Assembly: GCA_018302985.1 (NCBI GenBank)
Contig: JAGVZA010000014.1
Span: 7,184-71,183 of the forward strand
Length of the DNA stretch: 64,000 nucleotides
From: Candidatus Woesearchaeota archaeon
GTDB taxonomy: Archaea; Nanobdellota; Nanobdellia; SCGC-AAA011-G17; UBA489
Direction: 5' to 3'
Part shown: one piece after another, positions 27,828 through 37,278 of the stretch
Numbering within the stretch: the first letter of the stretch is position 1
Layout: the number at the start of each line of letters is the position of its first letter
The notes under the pieces: generated by a model
Told to the model about the DNA's origin: nothing
Seen by the model: the letters and a program-made list of their open reading frames with translations, nothing else
Database searches by the model: none
Translations under genes and position numbers: made by a program

Positions 27828-29985
27828 CTAAAATCCTCTGAGAAATCTTTTCTTGTAAGTCCTTGACAAAAGCATCTACTTGCACACCAAACTGTACTTT
27901 TCCTCCTCGGGAACGCACTGCTAAAGTTTTCTTCTCAACCTCTTTATCTCCAATTGTAACAATATAATTAACTCTCTCTAGTTCAGCATCTCTAACTTTT
28001 TTCGGAAGTGTTTCTGGTTTATCATTGAGTTCTACACGAATGCCTGCAGCAAAGAGTTTGTCATAGACTTCTTTTGCAAAAGAAATATGATCATCAGTAA
28101 CAGTAATCAATTTGACTTGCACAGGACTTAACCACAACGGGAATTTGCCTGCATAATGTTCAGTCATCACACCAATAAATCTTTCCATGGATCCAAGCAT
28201 AGCACGATGAATCATGACTACTGGATGTTTCTTGCCATCAGATCCTTCATAAACTGCATTAAAGCGCTTTGGTAGTTGGAAATCTAGTTGAAGAGTTGCA
28301 CATTGATGTGATCTTCCTAGAGCATCTTTGATATGAATGTCTATTTTAGGTCCATAAAATGCTCCTTCACCTACTGAAATTTTATAGGGAATCTTACTGT
28401 TCTCTAATACTCTTTTCAAGAGAGATTCTGCTTTGTCCCAGAGTTCTTTATCTCCCATTGCGCTTTCAGGTCTGGTGCTTAGTTCAAGACTAAAAGGAAG
28501 TTTAAAGATCTCATTGTAAATATAATTAACAAAATCAAGTACCCTGTTCATTTCTTCTTCAACTTGTTCCATAGTGACAAAAATATGACCATCATCTTGA
28601 GCAAACTTGCGAACTCTCGTCATGCCACCCAATGTTCCTCGAACTTCATTTCTATGTAGGAAACAAAAATCAGCAAGACGTAAAGGGAGATCTCTGTAAG
28701 AATGTGATGTGCTGTTGTACAGTGCTAGATGGGAAGGACAATTCATAGGTTTCAAAGCAAACTCAGTATTATCTACATTAAGGACAAACATATTCTCTTT
28801 ATAATGCTGCCAATGGCCACTGGTTTCCCATAAAGTTTTGTTAAACATCTGAGGGGTAATAACTTCTTGATAGCCACGTTTTCTGTATTGTTCTCGTAGC
28901 AACTGCAAGAGTTCATTGTAAATAATAGTTCCTTTAGGTAAAAAGATTGGGCTTCCAGGAGATAGCTCATCAAATTGAAAGAGTTGTAATTCTTTACCTA
29001 TTCTTCTATGGTCTCTTTCTTGCGCTGTTGCCAGCTTCTCTAAAAAGTCTTTTAATTCTTGTTCAGACTTAAACGCATGGCCTAGAATTCTCTGGAGCAT
29101 GACATTGTTGCTGTCATTTTTCCAATAACTGCCGCTAATATTTTCCAAGCTAAATGCTTTGACTCCACCAGTTGTTAACAGAACAGAGCCAGGCAGTAAA
29201 AGATTGAAAGATCCATAACTAAATGCTTTAACTTCTTTCTTATAAGCTTGTAACAATTCATTTTGGAAAGGATGTTCAGCTTTAACAATACCTTCTTTGA
29301 TAGCATAATTCTTCTTGACAAAATCATCCATCTTCTTGCCTATTTTTTGCAGATCAGTGTGAGTAAATTTAACATTAGCAAAATCAACAGTAAATGCATC
29401 TTTCTGTGACAGAGCTAAAATAGGGATTGCTTTGGGAAAGAGTTCATGTACCGCCCATGCTAAAATAAAAGAGCCAGTATTCTGTAAAGAAGTATTGTGT
29501 TGTAAATCTAACTCTAAAGCTTTAGGTTTCAATGCTGCATCTTTCTTGATAACAGCTCCTGGTTGGCTTAAATCAATACTCCTGGATAATTCTGAGAGAG
29601 GATGTCCTTTGCAGCGCCATTCAAAAGATTTGTACCAGCCAAAAGGTGCTCGAATGACAGTGTAACCTTCTTGTATCAGAAGTTTTTTTGCATCATCTAA
29701 GATGTGTACAGCAATAGTAGGATTAGCTAATTCAGAGCTTAAGTGTGCATAAGGATATATCACAAGATTTTTTGCTTTGAGTTGTTCTGCAATGTCTTTT
29801 GCTTCAGCAACAAGGCGTTCAGTAATCTCTTTCTCATGAGCTTCATCTTTTTTTTCAACAGAAGTCATAAGCACTAAGCATTCTTTGACCTCTACTTCTT
29901 TTTCATCTACTTCTTCTGCGTTCTTCAAGGCTTTTTTAGTAGGCTTAAACTTCAGATAATCAGCATGAATGGCTAAGATCTTCAT
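27820..29985 (-). CDS. thrS: Threonine--tRNA ligase with archaeal editing domain and degenerate bacterial N2 domain
   Basis: RDHRRIG, KPMNCP, LHRNE, QCATLQLDF, MIHRA; N-terminal YPYAHLS, APFGWYK, CKGHPL. Confidence 0.95.
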   Translation of the reverse strand: MKILAIHADYLKFKPTKKALKNAEEVDEKEVEVKECLVLMTSVEKKDEAHEKEITERLVAEAKDIAEQLKAKNLVIYPYAHLSSELANPTIAVHILDDAKKLLIQEGYTVIRAPFGWYKSFEWRCKGHPLSELSRSIDLSQPGAVIKKDAALKPKALELDLQHNTSLQNTGSFILAWAVHELFPKAIPILALSQKDAFTVDFANVKFTHTDLQKIGKKMDDFVKKNYAIKEGIVKAEHPFQNELLQAYKKEVKAFSYGSFNLLLPGSVLLTTGGVKAFSLENISGSYWKNDSNNVMLQRILGHAFKSEQELKDFLEKLATAQERDHRRIGKELQLFQFDELSPGSPIFLPKGTIIYNELLQLLREQYRKRGYQEVITPQMFNKTLWETSGHWQHYKENMFVLNVDNTEFALKPMNCPSHLALYNSTSHSYRDLPLRLADFCFLHRNEVRGTLGGMTRVRKFAQDDGHIFVTMEQVEEEMNRVLDFVNYIYNEIFKLPFSLELSTRPESAMGDKELWDKAESLLKRVLENSKIPYKISVGEGAFYGPKIDIHIKDALGRSHQCATLQLDFQLPKRFNAVYEGSDGKKHPVVMIHRAMLGSMERFIGVMTEHYAGKFPLWLSPVQVKLITVTDDHISFAKEVYDKLFAAGIRVELNDKPETLPKKVRDAELERVNYIVTIGDKEVEKKTLAVRSRGGKVQFGVQVDAFVKDLQEKISQRILDA

Positions 29986-30065
29986 AAAGAAAACGCTTCA
30001 AAGAAACTATTTAAACGTTGCGAAGTCACTGAAATAAATTATAAGTAACTTAATCGCTATATTGC

Positions 30066-31100
30066 TTAAGCAGTTAATGAACGAATTGCTTCGCTATATC
30101 TGCGCATTCTATCAGTCAGAAGAACATTTGGTCGTTGATCTCCGCTTGTTCCTGCCATGGAGTTCTCAATAATACCAGGAATAAGACGACGTATTTGTGC
30201 ATAATGGTCGCGTCGAAGATCTAAATTTGCAGTAAGAATAGCACCCATAGATTTCCCTAAAATAGGTTTTTGTTGAGCAAGATTAAACAAAGATCCCCAT
30301 TGCCTTACATGAGCAATAGTATCTGCAATATCTTTCCTATCTGGAAAATAACCTGCATTAAGATCATCAGTAAGTTTGTCTAAATCTACAGGCTCTCCTA
30401 AAAGTAAAGTGTCTAGTTGTCTAAAACCTGGGCTAAAAACTCCGCTTGGTCCAGTAAAACCATCATGTGCAAAAAGATATTGACGAAATGCAGCAAAATA
30501 TGCTGATGTAAGTTTGTCAAAACAATGCATTAAAGATTGGGCCTTCTCAAGACTAGCACGAGCCTGTTCAAGTCTTTCAAAATAATGGGTGCTAAGGGTA
30601 AATCTTACAGAGCGGACTGCATCACTAAGTTGTGCTTCAATAAGTCCATGTAGAGTATAAAAGCTAAGTTCCGCAAGTCCAGCAACTCCCTGTGTAAAAG
30701 TGCGTGGATCAGAAGTAGGGTTATCAAAAATTAAAGCGCTATAAGTTATGATATTTGTTTGACCAGATCTTTGTGCTAATTGTGTTGCTAGAGATTGAAG
30801 ATGTTTGCCTTTAGGAAATTCATGACGCAAAAGGCTTTGTACTGCCATTTGAACATCTAAATGTGCAAGACGTACTGCATCATCTGAAAGAACAGGCAAG
30901 GAGACAGGAATAGTTTGTTCTATCGCTTGAGGTAGAATCTCTTTACAATCAGAATCTGCTAAAATAAAAGGGAGTCGCTTAACAACAAAATCACTAAATG
31001 CTCCCAATGGGCGATTAGGTGTTCGACAAAGATCTTCAAGACTTTTGTTAGGACTAAATAAATCATGTATGCTAAGTCCTTCAGGAATTGTTAAAACCAT
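30066..31100 (-). CDS. PrnB/IDO/TDO-superfamily heme protein
   Basis: PLG...LP, SLLRHE, FRQYL...GPSG, LRRDHY (proximal His), GTSG pattern. Confidence 0.65.
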   Translation of the reverse strand: MVLTIPEGLSIHDLFSPNKSLEDLCRTPNRPLGAFSDFVVKRLPFILADSDCKEILPQAIEQTIPVSLPVLSDDAVRLAHLDVQMAVQSLLRHEFPKGKHLQSLATQLAQRSGQTNIITYSALIFDNPTSDPRTFTQGVAGLAELSFYTLHGLIEAQLSDAVRSVRFTLSTHYFERLEQARASLEKAQSLMHCFDKLTSAYFAAFRQYLFAHDGFTGPSGVFSPGFRQLDTLLLGEPVDLDKLTDDLNAGYFPDRKDIADTIAHVRQWGSLFNLAQQKPILGKSMGAILTANLDLRRDHYAQIRRLIPGIIENSMAGTSGDQRPNVLLTDRMRRYSEAIRSLTA

Positions 31101-31135
31101 GAAAGAAGGCAGAAGAACGTGTTTAAAAGCTTTAT

Positions 31136-31573
31136 CTAAATGGTTAATTCTGGAACGTTTTCTGCTAATTTAGCTTCAAGAGCATTTGCAACATAGGGAA
31201 TCATGATGCCATGTGCAAAATTTCGAAATCCAAGTATAGTTGCCTTATGTTCATTTCCTATAGAGACTATTCCACTATGTCTGATCAGCATCATAGCTCT
31301 ATAATCCATCATTCTAGCCCAAACTCTTGCTTCATGCCCTGAACTCATACCAGGATAACCTTGAACGTGAACGACTCTAGTCGGATCTTGAATGAGCCTG
31401 TAAAATGCATGAACATCATGGATTTGATGTAAATCTAAAGTAGCAACATTGCTTCTTAAATAATGCTCGCCTACTTCTTGAAATAAGGCTGTAATTCTTG
31501 ATTGGCAAATATCTCGAAGTTGTTTGCGTTGTGCAAATTGTTTTGCGAGTATTTGATCTGTATCTTCAGTCAT
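31136..31573 (-). CDS. Hypothetical protein
   Basis: 145-aa ORF co-oriented upstream of the PrnB-like gene. Confidence 0.6.
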   Translation of the reverse strand: MTEDTDQILAKQFAQRKQLRDICQSRITALFQEVGEHYLRSNVATLDLHQIHDVHAFYRLIQDPTRVVHVQGYPGMSSGHEARVWARMMDYRAMMLIRHSGIVSIGNEHKATILGFRNFAHGIMIPYVANALEAKLAENVPELTI

Positions 31574-31711
31574 AATATAAAAAAGCTAAAATAAACTTTA
31601 TAAAACTTGTTGTTGGTGTTCTATAAATGTTTACATACATCTCAGATCATCACTACTATCTTAGAATGAAAATTCACGACAAGATTTTTATAGTATTAAA
31701 CTGAGAAAAAA

Positions 31712-32452
31712 ATGATGATCTTACCAGTAACTCAAATTGGTTCTCTACCACATCATACTGTAGCTGATGCAGTAACTTATAGTCGTAAACATCCCATTCC
31801 CTTTCTTCCAGAACGCTTAGTCAGCAATAGTGAATATATGCTCAGTCTAGTAAATGATCCTGGAAGACTAAGTTGTTTAGATGATTTTACAAAAGAGCCT
31901 TTTGTCGGACAAGTAAAAGTCCAATGTATTGGTCCTATGGCACTCATGCGAGAAGAGCGTTGTAATGCAAGAGAGGCAGTAGGAAAAATTAGAACCTATT
32001 TGGATACTATTTTTGATAGAATAAATGCAACAGGACAAAAAATACTATTTTTAGATGAACCTGGATTATCTCATACTGATACCATGCTCAGTGAGCAACT
32101 CTGGAGCACTATTTTTGATGCCTATGATGCAACACCAGGTATCCATAATTGCGGAAAAGTTCCATTTGAAGCTATGTTTCAATCAGAGGTTGTTCGAATA
32201 ATCAGTTTTGATGCAAGTAGATATAGGCAACAAGCAGAACAAGCACTCCCTAAACGAAATGGAAAAAGAATTGCCTGGGGTGTAAAGAGTATTGAAGATG
32301 TTCTAGAGTTCAAACCTGGAGACCTTATAACTCCTCCTTGTGGAGTAGCCTTCAAAGATAAACAAGCGTCTGTTCTGCATACTGTTCCTGAGTGTGAAGC
32401 TATCTATAGCAACTTAATGGACATTGCAACAAAACTGACGGCAAAACCTTAA
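31712..32452 (+). CDS. Core MetE-like (cobalamin-independent methionine synthase catalytic domain) protein
   Basis: TQIGSLPH, VKVQCIGP, FLDEP, GIHNCG and LITPPCG Zn ligands. Confidence 0.75.
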   Translation: MMILPVTQIGSLPHHTVADAVTYSRKHPIPFLPERLVSNSEYMLSLVNDPGRLSCLDDFTKEPFVGQVKVQCIGPMALMREERCNAREAVGKIRTYLDTIFDRINATGQKILFLDEPGLSHTDTMLSEQLWSTIFDAYDATPGIHNCGKVPFEAMFQSEVVRIISFDASRYRQQAEQALPKRNGKRIAWGVKSIEDVLEFKPGDLITPPCGVAFKDKQASVLHTVPECEAIYSNLMDIATKLTAKP

Positions 32453-32478
32453 TAAACTATAAGAAGTGCCTAAAGACT

Positions 32479-34443
32479 ATGCATAAAAGAGGAGTATTGA
32501 GTATTCTATTTGGACTTTTTATACTATTCTTACCCTCAGCTCTAGCACAAGTTACAGTTTCCGGTCCAGAACAAACTCTAGTCAATTTCGGTGATGCAAT
32601 AACGCTCACAGGTTCTATTTTACAAAGTACAGATATGAATGGATTTTTAAAATTCGAATTAAATTGTGGAGAAACTGATCTCTTAGCAACAAAATCTTTA
32701 AGTCTGCGAACTAATACAGCAAAGGAATTTACAGAAACTTTAACAATTCCTCAAACCCTGACTGGATCTTGTACTGTGCATACTTTCTTTGAAGAAAATG
32801 GTAATACTGTAGATGAGACAGAGTCAAGTACTTTCACAGTGAGTGATGCTCTCAATGCTCCTATCATCATGAATAAAGAATCTGTCCAATTAGGAGACAG
32901 TGTAAGTCTTTCTGGAACTATTACTAAGATGAATGGTGAAACTATTGAAGGTATTGGAAAGATTGCATTCAAGCAAGGAAAAAATGTTGTAATACAGGAC
33001 ACAGTAAAAATAACCAAGGGAAAGTTCTCTTATACTTATGAAACAGAAGATAATCCTGCAGGAACTTATGAAGTGCAAGTGGAAGTTACAGATGTCAATA
33101 ATAATAAACAAATAGTTACTTTTCCTAACTTTGTCATTCTTGGCAATGTTGGGTTGACTATCACTTTGAATAAAAATGAATTCTTGCCAGGAGATAAAGT
33201 AAAGATTGATGGCACTGCAAGAACTGGAGACTCTAGAATAACTAAGGGAACTGCATATATCACGCTTGACGGACAAAGGGAAGAAACAACTATTATTTTA
33301 GGTCTCTTGAAACACACTCTCACTTTGCCAATAGATATCAAAACTGGCGAACACACACTCACTATAAATGTTGAAGATGTTCATGGCAATAAAGAGACAC
33401 AGCAATTTGCTATTACTATCCTCGCAGTGCCGACACGTTTGGAAGTATTGACAAATCAAGAATCTTTCATGCCCGAACAGCAAGTAGCGCTTACACCTAC
33501 ATTATATGATCAAGGAAATGATGTTATTGCTACAGCTATAGAAGTAAATGTGTTTGATGCAGAAAGAGATATTGTTTTTACAGACACGATTCAAAGCACC
33601 GAGCAAACTTTATTCACTCTGCCTCGATCTGCAGCTCCTGGGTTCTGGAAAATAAAAGCATCAGCCATGGATGTTGAGACTCTCATCTCCTTCCAAGTGC
33701 AGGAATTCAAGGTCCTGGAAATAACACAGCAAGAATCTACTCTGTACTTTAGCAATACTGGTAATGTTCCTATTAAAGAAGTGCTTACGTTAACAATTAC
33801 TGATGGAATAGATAAAACAAGAACTAAAGATAAAAAAGTCTCTCTAGCCGTAGGAGAAAGTAAAAATTATGATATTGCTTATCTAGTAGGTAAAGGAATC
33901 TACACGGTACAAGTAGGTGATCAAACTTTTGAAAATATTACAGTAGAAAAAAGAAAATGGAACTTTCTACCCCTTATAGCAATTATACTGGGTGTAATCA
34001 TTATTTATTTCCTCATTAAACTTGTAGTCAATAGAAAACCCTTGCGTCATAAAATCCACCACGATCAACAAAAACATCACCTACAACCACACCACCCTCA
34101 AAAAATGCAGGAACAACAACCTATTGTTAGACAACGTTCTCAAGAATGGTATGAAGAAAAGTTGAAAAGAGATTTAGCAGAGCGCATGGAAGCACAAAAA
34201 AAGAAAGTCACCTTTAGCTTCAAGAAGAGAAAAGATGAGTATGTCGCATCGTTGAAAAACAAAAAGAAGTCTGCAGATATGTCAAGACCTTGGGTAAGAA
34301 AACCTATAAAGCAAGCAGAAGCAGAGCCAGAAGTATTTACTAACAGTCAAGAATTTTCTGATCCTTGGAAAACAACTGAAGAGCCTCCAAAGAAAGAGAA
34401 GAAGGAAGAGAAAGGCAGCAGTTTAATGGGAATGTTTGATTAA
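32479..34443 (+). CDS. Large surface protein with Ig-like repeats, C-terminal TM and charged cytoplasmic tail
   Basis: Signal peptide, Thr-rich beta repeats, TM at WNFLPLIAIILGVII, His/Gln/Lys-rich tail. Confidence 0.75.
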   Translation: MHKRGVLSILFGLFILFLPSALAQVTVSGPEQTLVNFGDAITLTGSILQSTDMNGFLKFELNCGETDLLATKSLSLRTNTAKEFTETLTIPQTLTGSCTVHTFFEENGNTVDETESSTFTVSDALNAPIIMNKESVQLGDSVSLSGTITKMNGETIEGIGKIAFKQGKNVVIQDTVKITKGKFSYTYETEDNPAGTYEVQVEVTDVNNNKQIVTFPNFVILGNVGLTITLNKNEFLPGDKVKIDGTARTGDSRITKGTAYITLDGQREETTIILGLLKHTLTLPIDIKTGEHTLTINVEDVHGNKETQQFAITILAVPTRLEVLTNQESFMPEQQVALTPTLYDQGNDVIATAIEVNVFDAERDIVFTDTIQSTEQTLFTLPRSAAPGFWKIKASAMDVETLISFQVQEFKVLEITQQESTLYFSNTGNVPIKEVLTLTITDGIDKTRTKDKKVSLAVGESKNYDIAYLVGKGIYTVQVGDQTFENITVEKRKWNFLPLIAIILGVIIIYFLIKLVVNRKPLRHKIHHDQQKHHLQPHHPQKMQEQQPIVRQRSQEWYEEKLKRDLAERMEAQKKKVTFSFKKRKDEYVASLKNKKKSADMSRPWVRKPIKQAEAEPEVFTNSQEFSDPWKTTEEPPKKEKKEEKGSSLMGMFD

Positions 34444-34908
34444 ATAAAGAAAATCTTGATTAGCTTCTAGTTTCTCATACTTTCCAAAAAATGTTTGTAA
34501 AAGACGTTCAAATTGTTTGAGTTTCGAAGATTTTTTTAAAAACGTAAGCGCAATAACTGCTTTAGGTTTAGCAACTCTCTGAATTTCAGATAACGCTTGC
34601 TGTAAGTCGCAATGATGTAATACAGTCAAAGAAATAATACTGTCAAAAGTTTTTGCAGCAAAAGGAAGTTGCTCAGCTTTCGCCACGTGTCGTTCTCCAA
34701 TGCCTTGATCTAACATCTTTTTACTAGGATCTACAGAAATAACAGTAAATTGTTTACCTAAATGTTTTGCAACAATGCACGTGCCTGCTCCAACGTCTAA
34801 GATCTTGCCATGAAACTGTGCATGCTGTAATAAGATTTGTAATTTGGTAAGTTGTTCTTCTGCATGAAGTTCATCATAACCGGGAGCTAGTCTATCGTAG
34901 TAGTTCAT
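34423..34908 (-). CDS. Class I SAM-dependent methyltransferase
   Basis: YYDRLAPGYD, ILDVGAGT, VDPS..ML, AEQLPFAAKTFD. Confidence 0.88.
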   Translation of the reverse strand: MNYYDRLAPGYDELHAEEQLTKLQILLQHAQFHGKILDVGAGTCIVAKHLGKQFTVISVDPSKKMLDQGIGERHVAKAEQLPFAAKTFDSIISLTVLHHCDLQQALSEIQRVAKPKAVIALTFLKKSSKLKQFERLLQTFFGKYEKLEANQDFLYLIKHSH

Positions 34909-34932
34909 AAACTAATGATCCAAAGAACATAT

Positions 34933-35190
34933 TTAAGGATTTCTTACTTGGCTACAAATACCTGCAACGCATTTGGTTTGAAATTTACCATCGATGCCAG
35001 TGCAAAAGTCAGGACATTGATCAGATATATTTACATAATTCACATTCCCATAAAAACACTGTCCAGTTGTAATATGAACACCGCAAGCACAATCACTATC
35101 TTGTTGACAGGAAGTCTCTAAGTTTTGAGGCGGAGATGATGCACAACCAACTAAAAAAATAGCACAAAGAGTTAGTATAATTAGTTTCAT
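34933..35190 (-). CDS. Lipoprotein with eight-Cys domain
   Basis: FLVGC lipobox, then 8 Cys including CQQDSDCAC and KCVAGIC. Confidence 0.7.
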   Translation of the reverse strand: MKLIILTLCAIFLVGCASSPPQNLETSCQQDSDCACGVHITTGQCFYGNVNYVNISDQCPDFCTGIDGKFQTKCVAGICSQVRNP

Positions 35191-35240
35191 ATATGTACAA
35201 AGAAAGTCAGATTTATAAACCTTTTGAGCTAGCCAAAGTT

Positions 35241-36098
35241 ATGGATTACAAGACCATTTCCCTCTACAAATATGTAAGCTTAGATGAGCCAGAAGTGCTG
35301 AAAGAGAAGCTCCGCAACTACTGTGAGGCTCTAGACATTCTAGGTAGAATCCTATTAGGCAAAGAAGGAATCAACGCTGCAATCTCAGGAAAAAAAGAAA
35401 ACATAGAGAAATTCAAGCAACTGCTCAAGAAAGATAAAAGACTTGCAGATCTTACCTTTCGTGAACTAGAGGCAGAAAAAAATACTTATCATAAATTAGT
35501 AGTGCGTGTTCGTAAAGAAATAGTCGTCTTTGGCAAAGAAGTCAGCTTCAAAAACAAAGCGCCCTATATTACTCCAAAAAAACTGAAGATGCTCTTAGAT
35601 AAAAAAACTGATGCTATTCTCTTGGACGCAAGAAACAGCTATGAAATAAAACTAGGCAAGTTCAAGAATGCTATCACTCTTCCTATAGAAACTTTCAGAG
35701 AATTTCCAGAGGCTATTAAAAAAGCAAAACTACCAAAAAATAAACCTATCATTTCCTATTGTACTGGTGGTATCCGTTGTGAAAAAGCAGCGACCTATCT
35801 CAAGCAGCAAGGATTCAAGGAAGTCTATCAGTTGAAAGGAGGCATCATCCAGTACATGAATGAATTCCCAAACACCTATTTCGAAGGAAACTGTTTTGTC
35901 TTTGACGATAGTTTAACGCCAAGTTTGAAAGTGAAGCCTATTACTACTTGCGATATATGTCATGCAACGTCTGACGTCATGATCAATTGTCATAATTTGG
36001 AGTGTGATAAATTATTTATCTGTTGTCCTACTTGTCAGACGAAAACAAAGAAACATTGCTCTCCGGCTTGTGAAAAAGCACCTAGACATCGACCATAA
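35241..36098 (+). CDS. trhO: tRNA uridine(34) hydroxylase TrhO (YceA rhodanese family)
   Basis: GRILLGKEGINA, LLDARNSYE, YCTGGIRCEK, YQLKGGI, FEGNCFVFD, C-terminal Cys cluster; ATG 35241 follows a TTTATAAA box. Confidence 0.88.
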   Translation: MDYKTISLYKYVSLDEPEVLKEKLRNYCEALDILGRILLGKEGINAAISGKKENIEKFKQLLKKDKRLADLTFRELEAEKNTYHKLVVRVRKEIVVFGKEVSFKNKAPYITPKKLKMLLDKKTDAILLDARNSYEIKLGKFKNAITLPIETFREFPEAIKKAKLPKNKPIISYCTGGIRCEKAATYLKQQGFKEVYQLKGGIIQYMNEFPNTYFEGNCFVFDDSLTPSLKVKPITTCDICHATSDVMINCHNLECDKLFICCPTCQTKTKKHCSPACEKAPRHRP

Positions 36099-36103
36099 AT
36101 GAT

Positions 36104-37204
36104 TTAAATTTTTGTAAGTTGCGGTTTCTTAGTTTCTTGTATCTTAGCAAGAAGTTCTTCTACAACACCATCACAAAGATGAGTATAATAATACTGGTCA
36201 AAGTGAATAACCGATTCATAAGCGTGAAGTACATCATTGAATTTCTCCTTAATTAACATCAAGAAATCACGTAAATCCTTGGCATTAACAAAAAACATCA
36301 TTAGTGACAGATCCCAAATACCTATCTGATCCATAAGTGCATAGAATCGTTCATCAGCATAGAGAAATTGTAAAAACTCTTGCTTTCTTTTCTGAGAGAC
36401 TGTGCGTAATTTTATGAGAATAGAAGTATATTGAAAATTCAACAAGTGGTAGTTTAAACGAAGAATAAATCCCTTGATAATGCCAGCACCAATCATTTTC
36501 TTGATTCTATAATCCACAGTATCATAGGAAATATTCAGTTTCTTACCTAAGTCTGTTAAAGATATGCGTGAATCTTCATGGAGTTCTTTCAAGAGTATAA
36601 CATCTTTCTCATCAATCTGATACTGTTCTTGTTTCTTGCTGGTAAGCTCTTTGTCATAAGGGAATCGAATGCTTTTGGTATAGACCTCTTTCCTTTTCAA
36701 ATCACGAATATATCTTTGACTAGTATGGACAAAGTTTTTGACAATAGTTACCATAGAATCATTGATATATTCCTTCAGAGGAGTAATAATGCTTTCGAGA
36801 AGGCTATCATACTTGTCTTCATATAAGGTAGAAAACATAAGAATTAATTCCCATTTACCTCCAGTTTCGATAACCCAATTGATAGGAGGATGTTGCAGAA
36901 GATCATGAATAATCTGTTGCATCTTCTCTTGAGACAGCGCATGAAACTGTAAGTAGATTGCATATCGATGAATGCCTAAAACTTTAGGATCAAGAACAGT
37001 AAACACGTCTGTGATAATATTCTGTTTTCTAAGATTGTTATATCTATAAGTAACAACTTCAGTGCTCGTCTTAAGAAACTTAGCTATTTGAGAGAGTGGA
37101 GTTCTGCTATTAATAGTTAAAATGTTAATGATCTCTCGATCTTTGTTATCTAAGACTATCTCTGGTTTATGTTCTAGTGCTCTAACTTCTGCTGGTTTTC
37201 TCAT
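36104..37204 (-). CDS. Tandem (double) Lrp/AsnC family regulator
   Basis: Two HTH-AsnC units: LDNKDREII...NSRTPL and IDEKDVILL...DSRISL. Confidence 0.88.
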   Translation of the reverse strand: MRKPAEVRALEHKPEIVLDNKDREIINILTINSRTPLSQIAKFLKTSTEVVTYRYNNLRKQNIITDVFTVLDPKVLGIHRYAIYLQFHALSQEKMQQIIHDLLQHPPINWVIETGGKWELILMFSTLYEDKYDSLLESIITPLKEYINDSMVTIVKNFVHTSQRYIRDLKRKEVYTKSIRFPYDKELTSKKQEQYQIDEKDVILLKELHEDSRISLTDLGKKLNISYDTVDYRIKKMIGAGIIKGFILRLNYHLLNFQYTSILIKLRTVSQKRKQEFLQFLYADERFYALMDQIGIWDLSLMMFFVNAKDLRDFLMLIKEKFNDVLHAYESVIHFDQYYYTHLCDGVVEELLAKIQETKKPQLTKI

Positions 37205-37278
37205 ATTTTAAAGAGTACGTATCTTATTTATATATTTTGCGTATTTATCAAGAAAATAGCTAGGTAATTTTATATAAT

